A stretch of DNA of 64,000 nucleotides, taken from assembly GCF_000696425.1 (NCBI RefSeq), contig NW_007726576.1:538522-602521 (forward strand), written 5' to 3'. The position numbers and the translations under genes are program-made. The first letter of the stretch is position 1. Each line of letters opens with the position of its first letter. Source of the stretch: Galeopterus variegatus. Lineage: Eukaryota. The notes beneath the pieces were generated by a model. The model saw nothing but the letters and a program-made list of their open reading frames with translations. It searched no databases and had not been told where the DNA came from. Of this stretch, positions 35,451 through 47,821 are shown piece after piece.

Positions 35451-36181
35451 TGATAAATAGTAAAGAAAAAAATGGAATTGGGAAGGAGGACAGTGTGTTG
35501 GGGGGAAGGTGCAGTTTCTGAGAGGAAGGCTGTAGAAAGAAGTCCTCACTGAAAAGGCATTATTTGAGTAAATCTGATGAAGGTGAAGTAGGGAGTCATG
35601 TAATTCTGGGAAAGAGCAGGGGAGTGCCAGTGCAAAGGCCCTGAGGTGGGACTGTGCCTGGCTCTTCAAAGACCAGCAAGGAAGACAGTGTGGCTGGAAA
35701 GCAGGGAGGAAGGGGAAGAATAGGAGAAGGTGAAATCAGTGAGCTTATGCAGAGCCAGGCCACAAAGGGCCTTCCAGGCCATGGTAAAGACCCTCACAGC
35801 CATTCTGAGTGAGTGGGGAGCCTTTGCAAAATATAAAGCAGGGGAGGGACGTGGGACAACTTGTGTTTTAGAAGGGGCCACCCTGGCTGTTGTGTGGGAA
35901 CCACAGGAACGGCTGCTGGGTACAGTAGTGCAGGTTGATCCTGCTCGAGGGCTGGAGTCGAGGCTGGAGGAGGTGTCAAGATGTGGTGTTCAGATTTGTC
36001 AGAGGGGAGCATCTTTCTCAAAGTCGTCCAAGGTGCCCTAAGGCTAATAGTGACCCACTAGTCTTGTAAATGGCTTCTTCCTCTTAAGAACATGTCAGGA
36101 ACATTTTTCCTATGTCTTTAAATAGTCTTCAACAACATGCTTTTTAAAGAAATGCTCAACCGGTATGTATTCTGCAAATAT

Positions 36182-36230
36182 TCTGAAATCCGAAAAAATC
36201 TGAAATCCGAAAAAATCTGAAATCCGAAAC
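36182..36230. repeat. 17-bp minisatellite x3
   Basis: TCTGAAATCCGAAAAAA TCTGAAATCCGAAAAAA TCTGAAATCCGAAAC. Confidence 0.8.
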
Positions 36231-36888
36231 ACTTCTGGTCCCAACCACTTTGAATCAGGGATACTGAGCCTGTATAAAGGCTGACAACAAACTGTTAGGA
36301 AATACAAGTACTCAGAGAATATTGTTCTCAAGAGCCCTCTACTACAGACTCAAGAGCCCTTCTACTACAGAGACAGTTCTCAAATTCTAGCATGCACCAT
36401 GGTGTTCAGGGCTTCCCAAAACATTGCTGGCTGGCCTCGCCCCAGGGAAGGGGTGGGGGGCTTCCAAAATGGGGATGACTGATGCTCCTAGCCAGGATTC
36501 CACACTGTGAGAATGCCTGTACTAAAAAATGAGCTCTGGATAACCAAAAATGACTGGACAGACATCAACATAAAGACTGGTGGAAAGCATTATATATCTG
36601 CTTCTAGAATTAATTCTAGAATAGTTCTAATTAGAATCAATTAATAATTAATAATTCTAATAGAACTAATTCTAAAACTAATTCTAGACTGAATGTTGGT
36701 TATAAGAGAAAGAGTGTGGTATGTAATGACTAAATACTCTAACAATGTACAGTACATCTGCCAAAATAACAGAGAGGAATGTTGAGAAAATATTAAATGC
36801 ATAATATGCCGTTAGACAACAGGTATCACATTATATTAAGGAATTAATATTAACTTTTAAAAAACAACAACAAAAAAATCACAAGAAG

Positions 36889-37108
36889 GGCCGGCCTGGT
36901 GGCGCACTGGATAGTGCGCCGCTTGGGAAGCGCGGCAGCGCTCCCGCCCGAGGGTTCAGATCCCACATGCAGACCGGTTCCCGCTCCCTGGCTGAGCGAG
37001 GCGCGGGAGCAACACCGAGGGTTGCGATCCCGTTGCCGGTCCCCGGTCCGGTACGGGGGCAACACTGAGGGTTGCGATCCGTTGCCGGACACGGAAAAAG
37101 ACAAAAGA

Positions 37109-37145
<37 letters not shown>
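36889..37145 (+). mobile_element. t-SINE trimer, young: about 48-nt pure A tail, TSD CACAAGAAG
   Basis: Full-length trimer, nearly free of CpG decay. Uninterrupted A tract 37098-37145. Direct repeat (A)CACAAGAAG at 36878-36888 and 37146-37155. Confidence 0.92.
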
Positions 37146-37146
<1 letters not shown>

Positions 37147-37913
37147 ACAAGAAGTAAAATCACACATACCACAGTCTGAGTACTTTTAGTACACTGGCAA
37201 CCTGTCGTCTTACTCATTTTAATGGTCTCACAGGTAAAATAAACATATTATTTATTATCCAAAATTAGGACAACTTTGAAAATGAAACAGGATGCTAATA
37301 ATTACACCAAGACAACAGGTGTAAACCAGGACTGAGCCAGGCCAATCAACATATACAGTCCTCCTACTCTGTTTAAGTAACACCACAGTCTAGGGGAACA
37401 CTTACTGAAGCATACCTAACAGCTTTATCTTCACACCTTGTATATAATAGTTCAAAAGTGACTGATGATAACATTTGCCAAACAAGTATATATATGTAAA
37501 TGCACATATATACACTGATGAAGGAAAGAGGCCAGAAAAGGAGAACAAAAGAAAAAAGAACCACAGTGACTCCATTCTTTTTGAACTTGACTGACTTGTT
37601 CTCTTCTAGCCCAAGAAACGGACCTTCCATTAGAATTTATTGCTTGACAAACTCTTTACAGGGAATTTGTTGTCACCAACGTACCCATTACTTAGATAAA
37701 CACAGATGACACTGTTAGAGAAATCCTGGGATGGTTGTCAACCTGCTGTATTTTAAATAAATGGGAATTACTTAGGAGTTGAGTAACTTAGAGTATAAAT
37801 ACTGTAAAAGGCCTGAGAAACCATTACTCAAATCTCATAGTCAGATATCCGTTCCATCTTTATACAATGTTTAAATTTGTTTACTGCTTAGACTTTCCTG
37901 AACTCACACTATA

Positions 37914-38083
37914 TCTTTTTTTTTTTTTTAAAAGATGACCGGTAAGGGGATCTCAACCCTTGGCTTGGTGTTGTCAGCACCACGCTCAGCCAGTGAGCAA
38001 ACCGGCCATCCCTATATAGGATCCGAACCCGTGGCCTTGGTGTTATCAGCACTGCACTCTACCGAGTGAGCCACGGGCCGGCC
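37914..38083 (-). mobile_element. t-SINE dimer, young: perfect 17-bp TSD
   Basis: rc of GGCCGGCCCGTGGCTCACTCGGTAGAGTGCAGTGCTGATAACACCAAGGCCACGGGTTCGGATCCTATATAGGGATGGCCGGTTTGCTCACTGGCTGAGCGTGGTGCTGACAACACCAAGCCAAGGGTTGAGATCCCCTTACCGGTCATCTTTTAAAAAAA. Direct repeat TCTGAACTCACACTATA at 37896-37913 and 38084-38100. Confidence 0.92.
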
Positions 38084-38593
38084 TCTGAACTCACACTATA
38101 AAACCTCCTGGCCTTTTCTGCTTGTTGGGCAGACTTACTTCTCACATTGAGAGGTAGTCTCCCTGGTTTGCAAATCTAAATAAAAGCCTCATTTAAATTT
38201 CCTTACAGACAAAGGTGTTTACTTCGACAATATGTACAACACACACACATACCCAGTGTCACCTCCTTCCAGTGATCACCAGTGGAAACTACAAGGTTTC
38301 CCATAGTGCAACCATTATCAAAACACTTTTGGGAGGTTCACTCTTGCACTTTCAGAACCTATTTTGAGTCAAAAAGGAGGTGCCAATACAAATTATTTTC
38401 TTGTATGACATTACAAATTCCTATGAAGAAAATTCCAAAAGAAAAATTTCAAAACCATTTTGGGCCATGGCACTGTGGGAATAAATGCTTACTTCACAAA
38501 ATGTACACTCTTAAAAACAGCTATCCTGAGACAAACTTTAGAGGCAAAACTATGTCTTACCTGAGTAGTAGGTACAGGTGACTATTTTATAAC

Positions 38594-39014
38594 TTTTTTT
38601 TTTTTTTTTAAAGATGACCGGTAAGGGGATCTTAACCCTTGACTTGGTGCCCTTTTGTCTTTTTTACTGACCGGTAACGGGATTGCAACCCTCGGTGTCG
38701 CACCGGCACCGCGCTCAGCCAGTGAGCGGGAACCGGTCTCCACATGGGATCCGAACCCTCGGCCGGCCCAAATTTTTTTTTTGTCCTTTTCGAGACCGGC
38801 CGCACTGCGCTCAGCCAGTGAGCGGGAACCGGTCTCCACATGGGATCCGAACCCTCGGCCGGCCCAAATTTTTTTTTTGTCCTTTTCGAGACCGGCCGCA
38901 CTGCGCTCAGCCAGTGAGCTCACTGGCCATCCCTATATAGGATCCGAACCCACAGCGGGAGCGCTGCTGCGCTCCCAGTGCTGCACTCTCCCGAGTGCGC
39001 TATGGGCTCGGCCC
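38594..39014 (-). mobile_element. t-SINE pile-up: at least 3 head-to-tail elements with an internally duplicated ~110-bp unit
   Basis: Same-orientation array. It comprises a dimer 3' unit (38594-38653), a 2-unit element lacking the box-A region (38654-38770), a 110-bp monomer-like copy (38771-38880) and a CTATATAGGG-class element (38881-39014). The last two share an identical 55-bp 3' end including the tail AAATTTTTTTTTTTGTCCTTTTCGAGACCGGCCGCACTGCGCTCAGCCAGTGAGC. Outer TSD ATTTTATAA(C/T)TTTTT. Confidence 0.85.
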
Positions 39015-39966
39015 ATATTTTATAATTTTTTAAAAAACATACGTGTTTTCTGGATAAAATATCTATTAATAAAAAAAATTTTTTAAATTATTTTAAAAGA
39101 AAGTGAAAGGGCAAAATTCTTAGTATATGATACTAACTTTAAAAGATATACATCTATGTACAACCTGAAAGGCACCTCAAAAGCAGAAAATAGATTTTAC
39201 CTATCATTCTGTAACTGTAACCACTAAAGGATCTGGCCCATATAAGGCACTCTACGTTTACCTAAAAAAAAAAAAGGCTAAAAATTGTAAAATGTTGATG
39301 TACTAACACAGTAGAGGTTCATTTGTCTTACACAGCATTGATCATCAAAGCTCAAAGCAGACTATTAGTTGCCTTACTTTTAGATTTTCAGTCCATTAAA
39401 AATGAAGGGTGAGACCCTATCACACACATGGATATTAAACAGCTCTTCATTTTTTTTTTTTTTTTTTGGTTTGAAATAACCCATGATCAGCAAAGATTTT
39501 CGGTATCAAAGTGCTAAATGATAAAAAGTACTTTAATGAACAAATAACATTCTTGCATCATGTATATTTTCTGGTTAAGTAGTATTAGAACCATTCTTTT
39601 GGTTATTTTAGAACCATTTCTAACTTCTGTGATGTGTAATATTTGCAATATATATTTGGTTTGTGCCTCAAAGTCGCATCCTCCCCCTACCACCAAGAAA
39701 AACATATGCTAGGACAACATAAAGTACCTCTCAGACCTTCTTAAATAAAAGTTATGGGAGGCCATTGATTTGCAGCCAGCTCTTGCACTAGGCCCCAAGA
39801 GACCAAAACAAAATGGAGCCACTCATGCTAAGTGCCATGTAATCAAATTGAAAGTTTAAAAAAACCCAAAACATCCCCATACCAGCAGGCAACAAAACAA
39901 AACAAAACAAAAAAACAGAAAATCCCCAAACAGGCCAGTTTTCCAGAAAATAAAAATAAATACAGG

Positions 39967-40067
39967 GGTGGCAGGTAAGCTCAGCTGATTAGAGCGTGGT
40001 GTTATAACACCAAGGTCAAGGGTTCAGATCCCATAACTGCCAGCCAACCAAAAAAAAAAAAAAAAAC
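39967..40067 (+). mobile_element. t-SINE monomer (tRNA-Ile-like), A18 tail
   Basis: GGTGGCAGGTAAGCTCAGCTGATTAGAGCGTGGTGTTATAACACCAAGGTCAAGGGTTCAGATCCCATAACTGCCAGCCAACC followed by A18. Confidence 0.8.
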
Positions 40068-42934
40068 CAGTAGATTTATGGTAACCAAAAGGGGCCCAGT
40101 CAACCTGACCCAGCATAACAGGTAAGTCCCTCTTGCTGAAACCCATACAAGGAAAGCAACCTGATGATAACCAATGTGCTTTGTGTACTATGATGTTTCC
40201 TTGTTCATGCTAGTGTTGCCTTATGAAAGCCAACGGTTCTCCCACACCAAGTGAACTCCCTTCTGTTTTGTAAGTTGGATGCTGCCCAATTCATGAATCA
40301 ATAATAAAAGCCAATTAGATCTTTAAAACTCAACTTGTTGAATTTGTTGACAACCTCTGGTCTCCAAGAAGGTGGTCAACAAGGGCAGAGGGCAGAACCA
40401 ACCATCTGCTGAAACCAGGGGATACAGAGTGAAGGAGAGTTTTCATTTTTGTAGGTCAGTATCATCAACTCCCTGAGGAACCTCTACTAAAATGGACTTT
40501 GTTCTGAATGCTGCAGAATGTTAGAGTGTGTCTGAGTTGATGCAGGACCCACAGGTCACTATGGAACAAGCACAGATGGCTATATGTGATCCTGACACAC
40601 ATAAGGTTGTTCCCAGGGGAGCGGTCAGCTAGTGGACTGGGTAAAAGCCACTGTAAGGTCTGTTTACCCTAAAAAGGGGGACTGTCAACTCCCCCTATAA
40701 AAGCTGAGTGGAACACTCCAGATGAAGCAGTTGATATGCTTTGTATGCAAGCCATGTGGGCCTGGCTTCATGATAATCAGGATATTCACTTGCTGAATAT
40801 ATTCATTACCAACAGCAAGGTAAACACTGTAGTTAAGTGGGCCCCTTTTGCATAGACATCCCACATAATCTTACTACTGCAAAATGGAGCAACAGTCAGG
40901 AAGCTGGGTGCTAATAAAACCATTAGATTAATTAATAAGGGAATGGCAGAAGGAAGAGTCAAGGGACTGTTCCCAAAAATGTGAAAAAAATTTTAAAGGT
41001 TATTATAAATAAGGTAGATAGAGGAAACACTGATGGGGCAAAAAAAAGGTGAGAGTCACAGAACTTGTCCAATAAGAAATGGGATGAATAAAAGGGGCAC
41101 TGACAGCTTAAAACAAAGGTCTTAATCCAGCACTAGGAAAGGTTGGGCAGGCCAGTGGTAATCCTGACTTATCCTACAACATTAAAGGGCCTTAAACAAG
41201 TTCACACTAGGCCAGTTTGGAGAAATTGGCTAAGATTACAAAGAAAAACCTGACCTGCAACTGCCTGGAACAATGGTCAAGCAGATTAATGAAGACAGAC
41301 TGACAGGAAGAGCAGGGTCCCTGGGCTCAATCCCTTGCTGGGGATCCAGAGCCTTTTGCACTTGAGTAGGTAAAACAGTGAGAGGGCAGAGAGGTTCCAG
41401 GACCCTTTTACACCAAAGCCGCACGCACTCAGGTACGAAAACTGGTTTGTGAAACCCTACCCTGGGCTACCATTAGATTGAAAGAACTTAATTGTGGTGA
41501 AAGTTTATATGAAAACTGGAATGTTTAAACAGGTTTTATATAAAGTTGTGTCTCCTTTACAGGAATGGGTATTATATCTGGCCAGGGAACACATCCTCTA
41601 CCTTGTATTGTAAACCCTACTGAAGTCCTAACAGGGGCTACAGTTAGTGGTTTTACCTGACTGTTTTACAGGGATGGACCTTGTATTTGACTGGGGAATG
41701 TTTCCCCTACGTAGGACTGTAAAACAGAAGGCATAAAAAATTGCCCTCCAAGCAACATTAACTGGACATGCTAAATGGGAACCAGTAAGAATGTCTGAGC
41801 CCACACAGTGTAGACTAGAAGCTGGAGTGCTGACAGGGACAGCTTCTTGGTAGGAGAGCCCTGTGTGGAGCACAGACTGGGGCTTACGGCAAAAGCCCAT
41901 GAGTGCCTCCCAGTGGTGAGTACTGGGACTTTGGACCAGAGAATTTCCATTTGAGGGATTTACTAGCTTGCTGTTGAACATCAATTGAAGCTACTCCTAT
42001 GACTGAAGGACATAAAACAATCTTGAAACCAGAAATACTCGTAATATCTAGGATGTGAGAGAATCACTCTATGGGAATGGCCGTGCCCAGAAAAGTTCCA
42101 TAATAAAATAGAAATGGTTTATACAGGATCATGCTGCCTAGGGAATATAAAGCAGAGATACTAACGAGCAGGGTGCCTCCTTTCCCCTAGGACTGAATTT
42201 GGAACTTCATGAGAAGCCACCAGATTCTATTACCTCAAGTCCCTACCACATCCCTTATCTGAAGCAGTGGTTACAAGACCAGGGCTATATTCCTAAGCAA
42301 GAAACTGGAACTACATTTTTAAACCTTAGGTCAGAACTCCTCAGGGTGTGAGGGGGGGAGCTGTCCTTCACCCCATCTGGAAAACTTGGGGCTAACAGTA
42401 AATGCAGATATACTACCTGTGGTAAAAACAGCCCACTAGCTCTGCACCTGTGTGACCCTCGGATGGGAGCGGACTGAAGGAGAAGCACTTACTAGACCAG
42501 CACAGTGAATGAACCTGATGTTCCTTCCGCAGGTGAAAAAGTTTGGGCATAAATGGAGAGCAGGAAGTAGCTGAGTGTAAAGGAATGAACAAAGGGGCTA
42601 TATAATGAGGGAAATCCAATATTACATTAACACCTTGAAAGAGACTCAGAGCAAAAGATGATATTGTTTCTCAGCTCAATTATACCAGAGGCCTGAAAGG
42701 GTAAAGCCATATAATGGTAAGCCATATATTGCTTTCAGAATCTGATGTGACAGAATGGAAGCTTGTGAATCTAAATGGCCTCACCCTGGCAAACAATTTC
42801 ATAGGATATGATGATGGACTGGACTAATTATAAATGACTGAATGGGATTCTATTAATGTGGTAGTATCTTGACTTTTATGACTGTTTTACTGTAACGGGT
42901 CTGTGGCCAGAGACTAGGGGATGAACTGTGACAT

Positions 42935-43020
42935 ACTATATACATATATGTAAATAAATATATATACATATGCATATATAAACACATCTACATATATATA
43001 CACAGATATATATATATAGT
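42935..43020. repeat. TA-rich low-complexity / cryptic (TATA/CATA)n tract
   Basis: TATATACATATATGTAAATAAATATATATACATATGCATATATAAACACATCTACATATATATACACAGATATATATATATAG. Confidence 0.7.
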
Positions 43021-43780
43021 CTAGTCTCTGCCCCAGGGCTCCTGAACAGAGCTTTTAAAACCCTTGAAATTTCCTAAGTGATAAGAGTGATACAGGAACA
43101 TCTTTATTTGGTCTCTTGTCCTTAGTTCCTGAAACAGCTTTGGAGCCACAAAGGTGAAAGCATCATCTTTGGTTACTCATAACAAGCCTCTACCAACCAC
43201 ACCTGAGTATGTGTTAATGCAGTGACTTTTGGAAAGCCCCTGCAGATGGAGGGCTGGTTATCAGCAGATGTAATTAGAAGGCTGGGACTTTCAGCTCCCC
43301 CCACCCCAGAGAGGAGAGAGTTAATCACCAATAGCTAATGACTTAATCAATCGTGCTAGGAAGGGGTCTGGAGAATTTCCAGGTTGGTGAACTCGTGAAG
43401 GTGCTAGGAGAGGTGACAGAAGTTCCATGGCCCCTTCCCAAACCTTGCCCTGTGCACCTCTTCCACTCGGCTCTTCCTGAGTTGTATCCTTTGTATTAAA
43501 GTGGTAAACATAAGTAAAGTGTTTCCCTGAGTTCTGTGAGCTAATCTAGCAAATTACTGAACCTGAGGAGGTGGGAACCCCAATTTACAGCCAGGTGGTC
43601 AGAAGTACAGGAGACCTGGCGATGCCATTGGTACCTGAAGCGGAGGCAGTCTTGTGGGACTGAGCCCTTAACTTGTGCCAACTCCAGGTAGACAGTGTCA
43701 GAACTGAATTTTCTTACTAAGCTAGGAAAGTTAAGAAATGTACTCTAGGAAGATTTCAATGAAAAAGTCTAAACTTTGTT

Positions 43781-43885
43781 TGGTATGGCCAGTTAGCTAT
43801 GTTGGTTAGAGGGCAGTGTTGTAACACCAAGGTCAAGGGTTCAGATCTCCATACTAGCCAGCCACCAAAAAAAATAAAAATAAAA
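43781..43885 (+). mobile_element. t-SINE monomer
   Basis: GGCCAGTTAGCTATGTTGGTTAGAGGGCAGTGTTGTAACACCAAGGTCAAGGGTTCAGATCTCCATACTAGCCAGCCACC with an A-rich tail. Confidence 0.75.
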
Positions 43886-44204
43886 AAGAAGTCCAAATGT
43901 TGAAAGCAGTATTAACCAATCACTTAGTAAAAACAGGTGTACTTGTATGTATGAGTATGTTTAGGAAAAGAAATAGGGAAGGTGGAAGTAGGTATCTATT
44001 CTAGAAAAGTGAAATGTAACTAAAACCAAAGAACTGAGGGTAAAAGTCTCTAATCTGAACTCATTTTGTAGAGGTATTTTGCTTAGTAATTTAAAAACTG
44101 TACCATTAAAGGCCGTGCCACTACAGCATAAGTAAAAAACGTTGGCAATTCTACCCTTCAGTTTTCAAGCTACAGCCCCAAACTAAAAGGCAACCTAGCA
44201 TGGA

Positions 44205-44295
44205 GTTGTAGCTGCCTGGCTGTGTCATTTCTAAGTGGGTGAATTTGGGCTAGTTAACTTACCTATCTCAGTTTCCCATCTTAATCCATATGAAG
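44205..44295 (+). repeat. MIR-like fragment
   Basis: GCTGCCTGGCTGTGTCATTTCTAAGTGGGTGAATTTGGGCTAGTTAACTTACCTATCTCAGTTTCCCATCTTAATCC. Confidence 0.4.
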
Positions 44296-45268
44296 CGTTG
44301 ACCCAGTCAGTGTTTGGCACATATGTGGTATACATGCTTAGCAAATACCAGCTGCTTCTGTTATTGCTATTATTATTATTAACAACCACTATACATAGTC
44401 AAACTGGGTCCTAATACTGCTTTGATCGTTTGTTGTTCAAATTCAAATAGTAGGGAGAAAGCAGACCAGTGTTTAGTCCTTAGAATAAAAAATAAGAATC
44501 AATTTCTAACATAAAAACTCTTCACTATATAGTTTTAAGTTCAAGACCCCATGCCAATATTCTAAGAAATGATAATTATTTCTAATAAAAGAGAAAAGAA
44601 AACTCTAAAGGCAAAAGCAACAAGTCAAGTAGGAGTTGGTTCAATGTATAAACAAGAAGCCATAAATGAAATTTGAAAAAGGTTAAATGGGAAAATTCTT
44701 ACAAGATTCATAAATAAAGCTAGCTCAATTATTCATGGAATAAGAGAATCAGGAATAAAACAACAGACAAATCCACAGAGGAAAACCCCAAACCAAATTT
44801 GCACATTAGTTTAACATTACCACACTCTAAACCACATCGAATCTATCCCCAAACTGTTGATGATAGAAATTTGACTTATCTGAATTCTTTTGATCCCTCT
44901 ATTTTTGCCTACTATCAGGAAAAGCTACTAAAAAGCTAAAAATTGAAGTGCAAAAAGGCCAAAAAAAAAAAAAAAAAAAGACCTGGACAATCAGCCTGTG
45001 AATAATTTGAATTGGATTATAATTTATAACTTTATAAAGTGATCTAAGAATGTTTATTTTAACTTGCAGAATGACATAAGACATATATGAATAATGCAGA
45101 TTAAATATAAAATATGTGTTGTACCTGTAGTAGTAACATTGTTAATTGAAAAAAAAAAAAAAAAAGAAAAGAAAGAAAGAAAAAAGTGGTGGTGGGGGTG
45201 CAATATTCTTCAAATGTACAAAAATACACAAAAACAAGTTGCTTACACATCATGGATGAACAAGTGAA

Positions 45269-45436
45269 GTGTGTTTTTTTTTTTTTTTTTTGTCCTTTTT
45301 GAGACCTGCCGCACCGCTCTCAGCCAGTGAGGGCTGTGAGCGCACCGGTCATCCCTATATAGGATCCAAACCTGCGGCGGGAGTGCTGCTGCACTCCCAG
45401 CGCCACACTCTCCCGAGTGCACCACGGGCTCGGCCC
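45269..45436 (-). mobile_element. t-SINE, CTATATAGGG-class, TSD CAAGTGAAGTGT(G)TTT
   Basis: rc of GGGCCGAGCCCGTGGTGCACTCGGGAGAGTGTGGCGCTGGGAGTGCAGCAGCACTCCCGCCGCAGGTTTGGATCCTATATAGGGATGACCGGTGCGCTCACAGCCCTCACTGGCTGAGAGCGGTGCGGCAGGTCTCAAAAAGGAC + A17. Direct repeat AAGTGAAGTGT flanks both sides. Confidence 0.9.
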
Positions 45437-45753
45437 AAGTGAAGTGTTTTGACATATGCCTTTTTTTTTCCCCTTTCATCTTACTCTTAACTTAAAGGAA
45501 AATATTATCCAACATTCATGTCCAAACTATACTTGTCTGTCAGCTGCATTGTAGGTTGGTTGCAGAAAGAAGAGTTGGGCAAAAATCACTGAAAAGTATT
45601 GTATGAAAACTCAATTGGCGATATGGATTTTACACAAAGAAATACTACATATTTTATTACTTGTAAATTATTTACTACAACATGCTTTATAACAATAAGA
45701 TTTATAACAAACTCATGTACATAAAAAAATAAGTATGAGATAAAACATGATAC

Positions 45754-45909
45754 CTGAATATCCTTCTTGATTGCTTTAGCTTTGTTCTCTGCCACTTTCT
45801 TTCTAAATTCCAGAAGAACTTCTTTACAGTCCTCCAGATGAACCTCAGGCTCCCAGGTGTCATCATCTGATGTATATCCTTTCCATCGAACTTTGTAAAG
45901 GATTTTACC
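45754..45909 (-). CDS. MPHOSPH8: MPHOSPH8 exon 2: chromodomain
   Basis: Acceptor cAG|GGT (AG at 45911-45910). 156 nt in phase 0: GKILYKVRWKGYTSDDDTWEPEVHLEDCKEVLLEFRKKVAENKAKAIKKDIQ, a canonical chromo domain. Donor CAG|GTATCA (GT at 45753-45752). Confidence 0.93.
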
Positions 45910-46182
45910 CTGTGATATGAATTAAAAACAGGCAAATAAAAGATATTACTGACATGATTAAATTTCCAAAAACACACACCTGCTGATAATATATGAAAGA
46001 ACCTGAGAAGTGCTTCTAAATGGAAATTCATATCACATGATAATGTATGTTCATTTCCTAAGGCAAGTAGCATAAGAAAAAACAGTATCACTGATCTATT
46101 TTTCATAAACTGAAGACTGAGGTCTTTTTCTGACTATATAAAGCAATATCCAAAAAGTAATGAAACACAGGAAGAAATAAGG

Positions 46183-46272
46183 GCTGGCTGGTTAGCTCAC
46201 TCGGTTAGAACACGGTGCTGATAACAGTAGGGTCAAGTATTTGGAACCCCATACCAGCCAGAGGCCAAAAAA
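46183..46272 (+). mobile_element. t-SINE monomer
   Basis: GGGCTGGCTGGTTAGCTCACTCGGTTAGAACACGGTGCTGATAACAGTAGGGTCAAGTATTTGGAACCCCATACCAGCCAGAGGCC followed by A7. Confidence 0.75.
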
Positions 46273-46689
46273 AGGAAGAACCAAATAAAAGTCACTCAAA
46301 GACACTGGTAACAATTTGATCTATTTCCTTCACCTACTACACTAATTTATTAACAGATAAGTAACATTTTTTAAAACACTGGGATAATACTATAATTTTT
46401 AAGTTTGCTTTTTCACTTATATATATCAAGCTCTTCGTTTTCAATATTTTTCAAAAACATGATTTTTAATGACTGAAGATTATTCCATCATATATTCTCT
46501 TTGTTAACTCTCCCTTTGTTAACCAGCAAATTACAGAAGGGCCTGCCCCCTGTTTTTGCTCATCCTGTGAGCTAAGAATGGTTTTATATTTTCAAATGAT
46601 TGAAAACAAATCAAAAGAAGAATTATATTTATAAAGTGCTTTACAATGTGTCACATAATATCTAAATCTTTGTATTTATTAGCTCATTT

Positions 46690-46860
46690 AATCCTTATAA
46701 TAACCCCGTGAAGTAGGTACTATTACTCATTTTATAAATGAGGAAACTGAAGCTTTTAGATAGATTAAGTAACTAGTCAAAGATTACACAGCTAATGAGT
46801 AGTTCAGCTGACTGAATTCAAACCCAGAGTCTTATCCTGAGCCTGTGCTCTTAACCTGCT
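46690..46860 (-). repeat. MIR (reverse orientation)
   Basis: TTTTATAAATGAGGAAACTGAAGCTTTTAGATAGATTAAGTAACTAGTCAAAGATTACACAGCTAATGAGTAGTTCAGCTGACTGAATTCAAACCCAGAGTC matches rc MIR: TTTTACAGATGAGGAAACTGAGGC.CAGAGAGGTTAAGTAACTTGCCCAAGGTCACACAGCTAGTAAGTGGCAGAGC.GGGATTCGAACCCAGG. Confidence 0.6.
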
Positions 46861-47240
46861 TATACATGAAAAGTTATTTAACACTGCTCTATACATGTGC
46901 ACTTACAGAATTATCATTAACTATTTACATTTTTTCTTTACAAAATAACCTGTTATGTGCTCATTTTCATCACTGCTATTGAACACTGTACTGAAGTTCC
47001 AGCCACAGCAATTAGATAAGAAAAAGAAATAAAAGACATCCAGTTTGAAAAGGAAGAAGCACAACTGTTGAGTATTCACAGATGACATGATCCTGCACAT
47101 AGAAAATCCCAAAGAATTCCACAAGAAAGCTACTTGAGCTAATAAATGAATTCAACAAAGATGTAGGGTACAAAACAAACACACAGAAATCGGTTGTGTT
47201 TCTAAACACCTGCAATGAACAATCTGACAAGAAAATTAAG

Positions 47241-47430
47241 GGCCGGCCCGGTGGCGCACTGGAGAGTGTGCCGCTTGGGAGCGTGGCGGCGCTCCCGCCA
47301 AGGGTTCGGATCCCATGTGGAGACCGGTTCCCGCTCGCTGGCTGAGTGTGGTGCGGGTGCGGCACCGAGGGTTGCGATCCCATTGCCAGCCATGAAAAAA
47401 AAGACAAAAAGGAAAAAAAAAAAAAAGAAA
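47241..47430 (+). mobile_element. t-SINE trimer inserted in L1, TSD (A)GAAAATTAAG
   Basis: GGGCCGGCCCGGTGGCGCACTGGAGAGTGTGCCGCTTGGGAGCGTGGCGGCGCTCCCGCCAAGGGTTCGGATCCCATGTGGAGACCGGTTCCCGCTCGCTGGCTGAGTGTGGTGCGGGTGCGGCACCGAGGGTTGCGATCCCATTGCCAGCCATGAAAAAAAAGAC... Direct repeat GAAAATTAAG on both sides, interrupting L1 ORF2-homologous sequence. Confidence 0.9.
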
Positions 47431-47821
47431 ATTAAGCATTTCCATTTACAATAGCATCTAAAAGAATAAAATACCTAGGAATAAATTTAACCAAGGAGGT
47501 GGAAGACATAAACTAAAAACTATAAAACACTGCTAAAAGAAATTAAATAAATGGAAAGATATCCTGTGTTCTTAGGTAGGAAGACTTAATGTTGTTAATA
47601 TGTCAACACCATCCAAAGTGATCTACAGATTCAATGCAATCCCTATCGAAATTCCAATAGCCTTATTTCCAGAAATAGAAAAGCCAATCCTTAAATTCAT
47701 ATGGAATTGCAAGAGGCCCTGAATAGCCAAAACAATCTTGAAAAAGAACAAAGCTGGAAGAGTCAAACTTCCTGATTTCAAAACTTACTACAAAGCTGCA
47801 GTAATTAAAACATTGTGGTAC

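Noticed and set aside
40075-43700. Possible endogenous retrovirus with paired LTRs
   Set aside because: Sequence has LTR/ERV-like flavour (AATAAA-containing segment at about 40300, degenerate internal region), but the putative 5' and 3' ends are not similar to each other. I cannot recognise gag/pol/env frames, so no call was made.
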